Shown here one piece after another: positions 63,697 to 64,000 of a stretch of DNA of 64,000 nucleotides. The translations under genes were made by a program, and so were the position numbers. A model generated the notes under the pieces. That model worked only from the letters and a program-made list of their open reading frames with translations. It made no database searches and was not told the origin of the DNA. Source of the stretch: a bacterium (lineage in GTDB: Bacteria > Patescibacteriota > Patescibacteriia > Patescibacteriales > UBA12465); contig DAOMZR010000002.1 in the NCBI GenBank assembly GCA_035400585.1, forward strand, positions 15,364 to 79,363, written 5' to 3'. Within the stretch, counting starts at the first letter, position 1; the number at the start of each line of letters is the position of its first letter.

Positions 63697-63999
63697 TTAG
63701 AAGTTAATTCTTCGTTTAATTTTTATATACCAAGAAGTAATATCGCTAAATCTGTCTGCTGGATCGGAAATGGCCGAAACATCAAAGCCTTTTATTCTTT
63801 TATTTTGAACATAAGTATAGTTTGGAAAATAAAGAAAAACAGCCGGTAAATCATTGTTTAATAATTCTTGAAATTTTTTATATTTTTCAATTCTTTCATT
63901 AATGTTTAAACTCATTCTGGCCTCTTCTAGAAGTTTATTAACCTCTTTGTTTTTATAAGAAACAATATTTAATCCATTTTCACCGGATTGGGAAGAGTG
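63697..63999 (-). CDS. ABC-transporter substrate-binding protein (family 5, peptide/nickel type), C-terminal fragment; 5' part beyond window
   Basis: Frame stays open to the window edge: ..SGENGLNIVSYKNKEVNKLLEEARMSLNINERIEKYKKFQELLNNDLPAVFLYFPNYTYVQNKRIKGF, the typical SBP_bac_5 C-terminal pattern. Confidence 0.7.
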   Translation of the reverse strand, partial: HSSQSGENGLNIVSYKNKEVNKLLEEARMSLNINERIEKYKKFQELLNNDLPAVFLYFPNYTYVQNKRIKGFDVSAISDPADRFSDITSWYIKIKRRINF

Positions 64000-64000
64000 C

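Overview
This is a strongly AT-rich, densely packed bacterial chromosome segment with about 60 protein genes and 4 tRNAs. Most genes are on the minus strand, gaps are short, and there are many hairpin+T-run terminators. Housekeeping genes dominate: rel fragment, rpsU, hisS, lepB, queA-ruvB, mtaB-like, dnaB, ybaB, recR, rplU, murA, galU, thyA/DHFR-like/tmk, recG, def-fmt, pyk, htpX, lemA, ileS, rarA, P-type ATPase, rnj. Domain-trimmed enzymes, a DUF5667 protein and many pilin-like genes fit a reduced-genome Patescibacteria/CPR-type organism; this is inference, as no search was run. The standout is a dispersed family of five genes that all begin with the same type IV pilin-like module: a class III signal ..KG|[14 protein letters not shown] with Glu5, a conserved Cys pair, and an end at ..LTPGGI. 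One is a short 148-aa, codon-optimised probable major pilin. The other four run through a Gly-rich linker into different bulky cargos: a ~14-blade BNR/Asp-box propeller, a DUF1566-like domain, a 7x48-aa-repeat propeller, and a propeller plus a Fibrobacter-type (FISUMP) domain. One copy has its ATG out of frame at an A6 tract, and another has an A9 tract just after its ATG. The short pilin sits between an ECF-type sigma factor and a DUF5667 membrane protein. Downstream of these come a ~420-bp unusually GC-rich, hairpin-rich spacer and then a ~1150-aa cysteine-free S-layer-like protein. Three secreted proteins share a ~50-aa repeat that may be a wall-anchoring module. I saw no CRISPR array, transposase, integrase, reverse transcriptase or rRNA.
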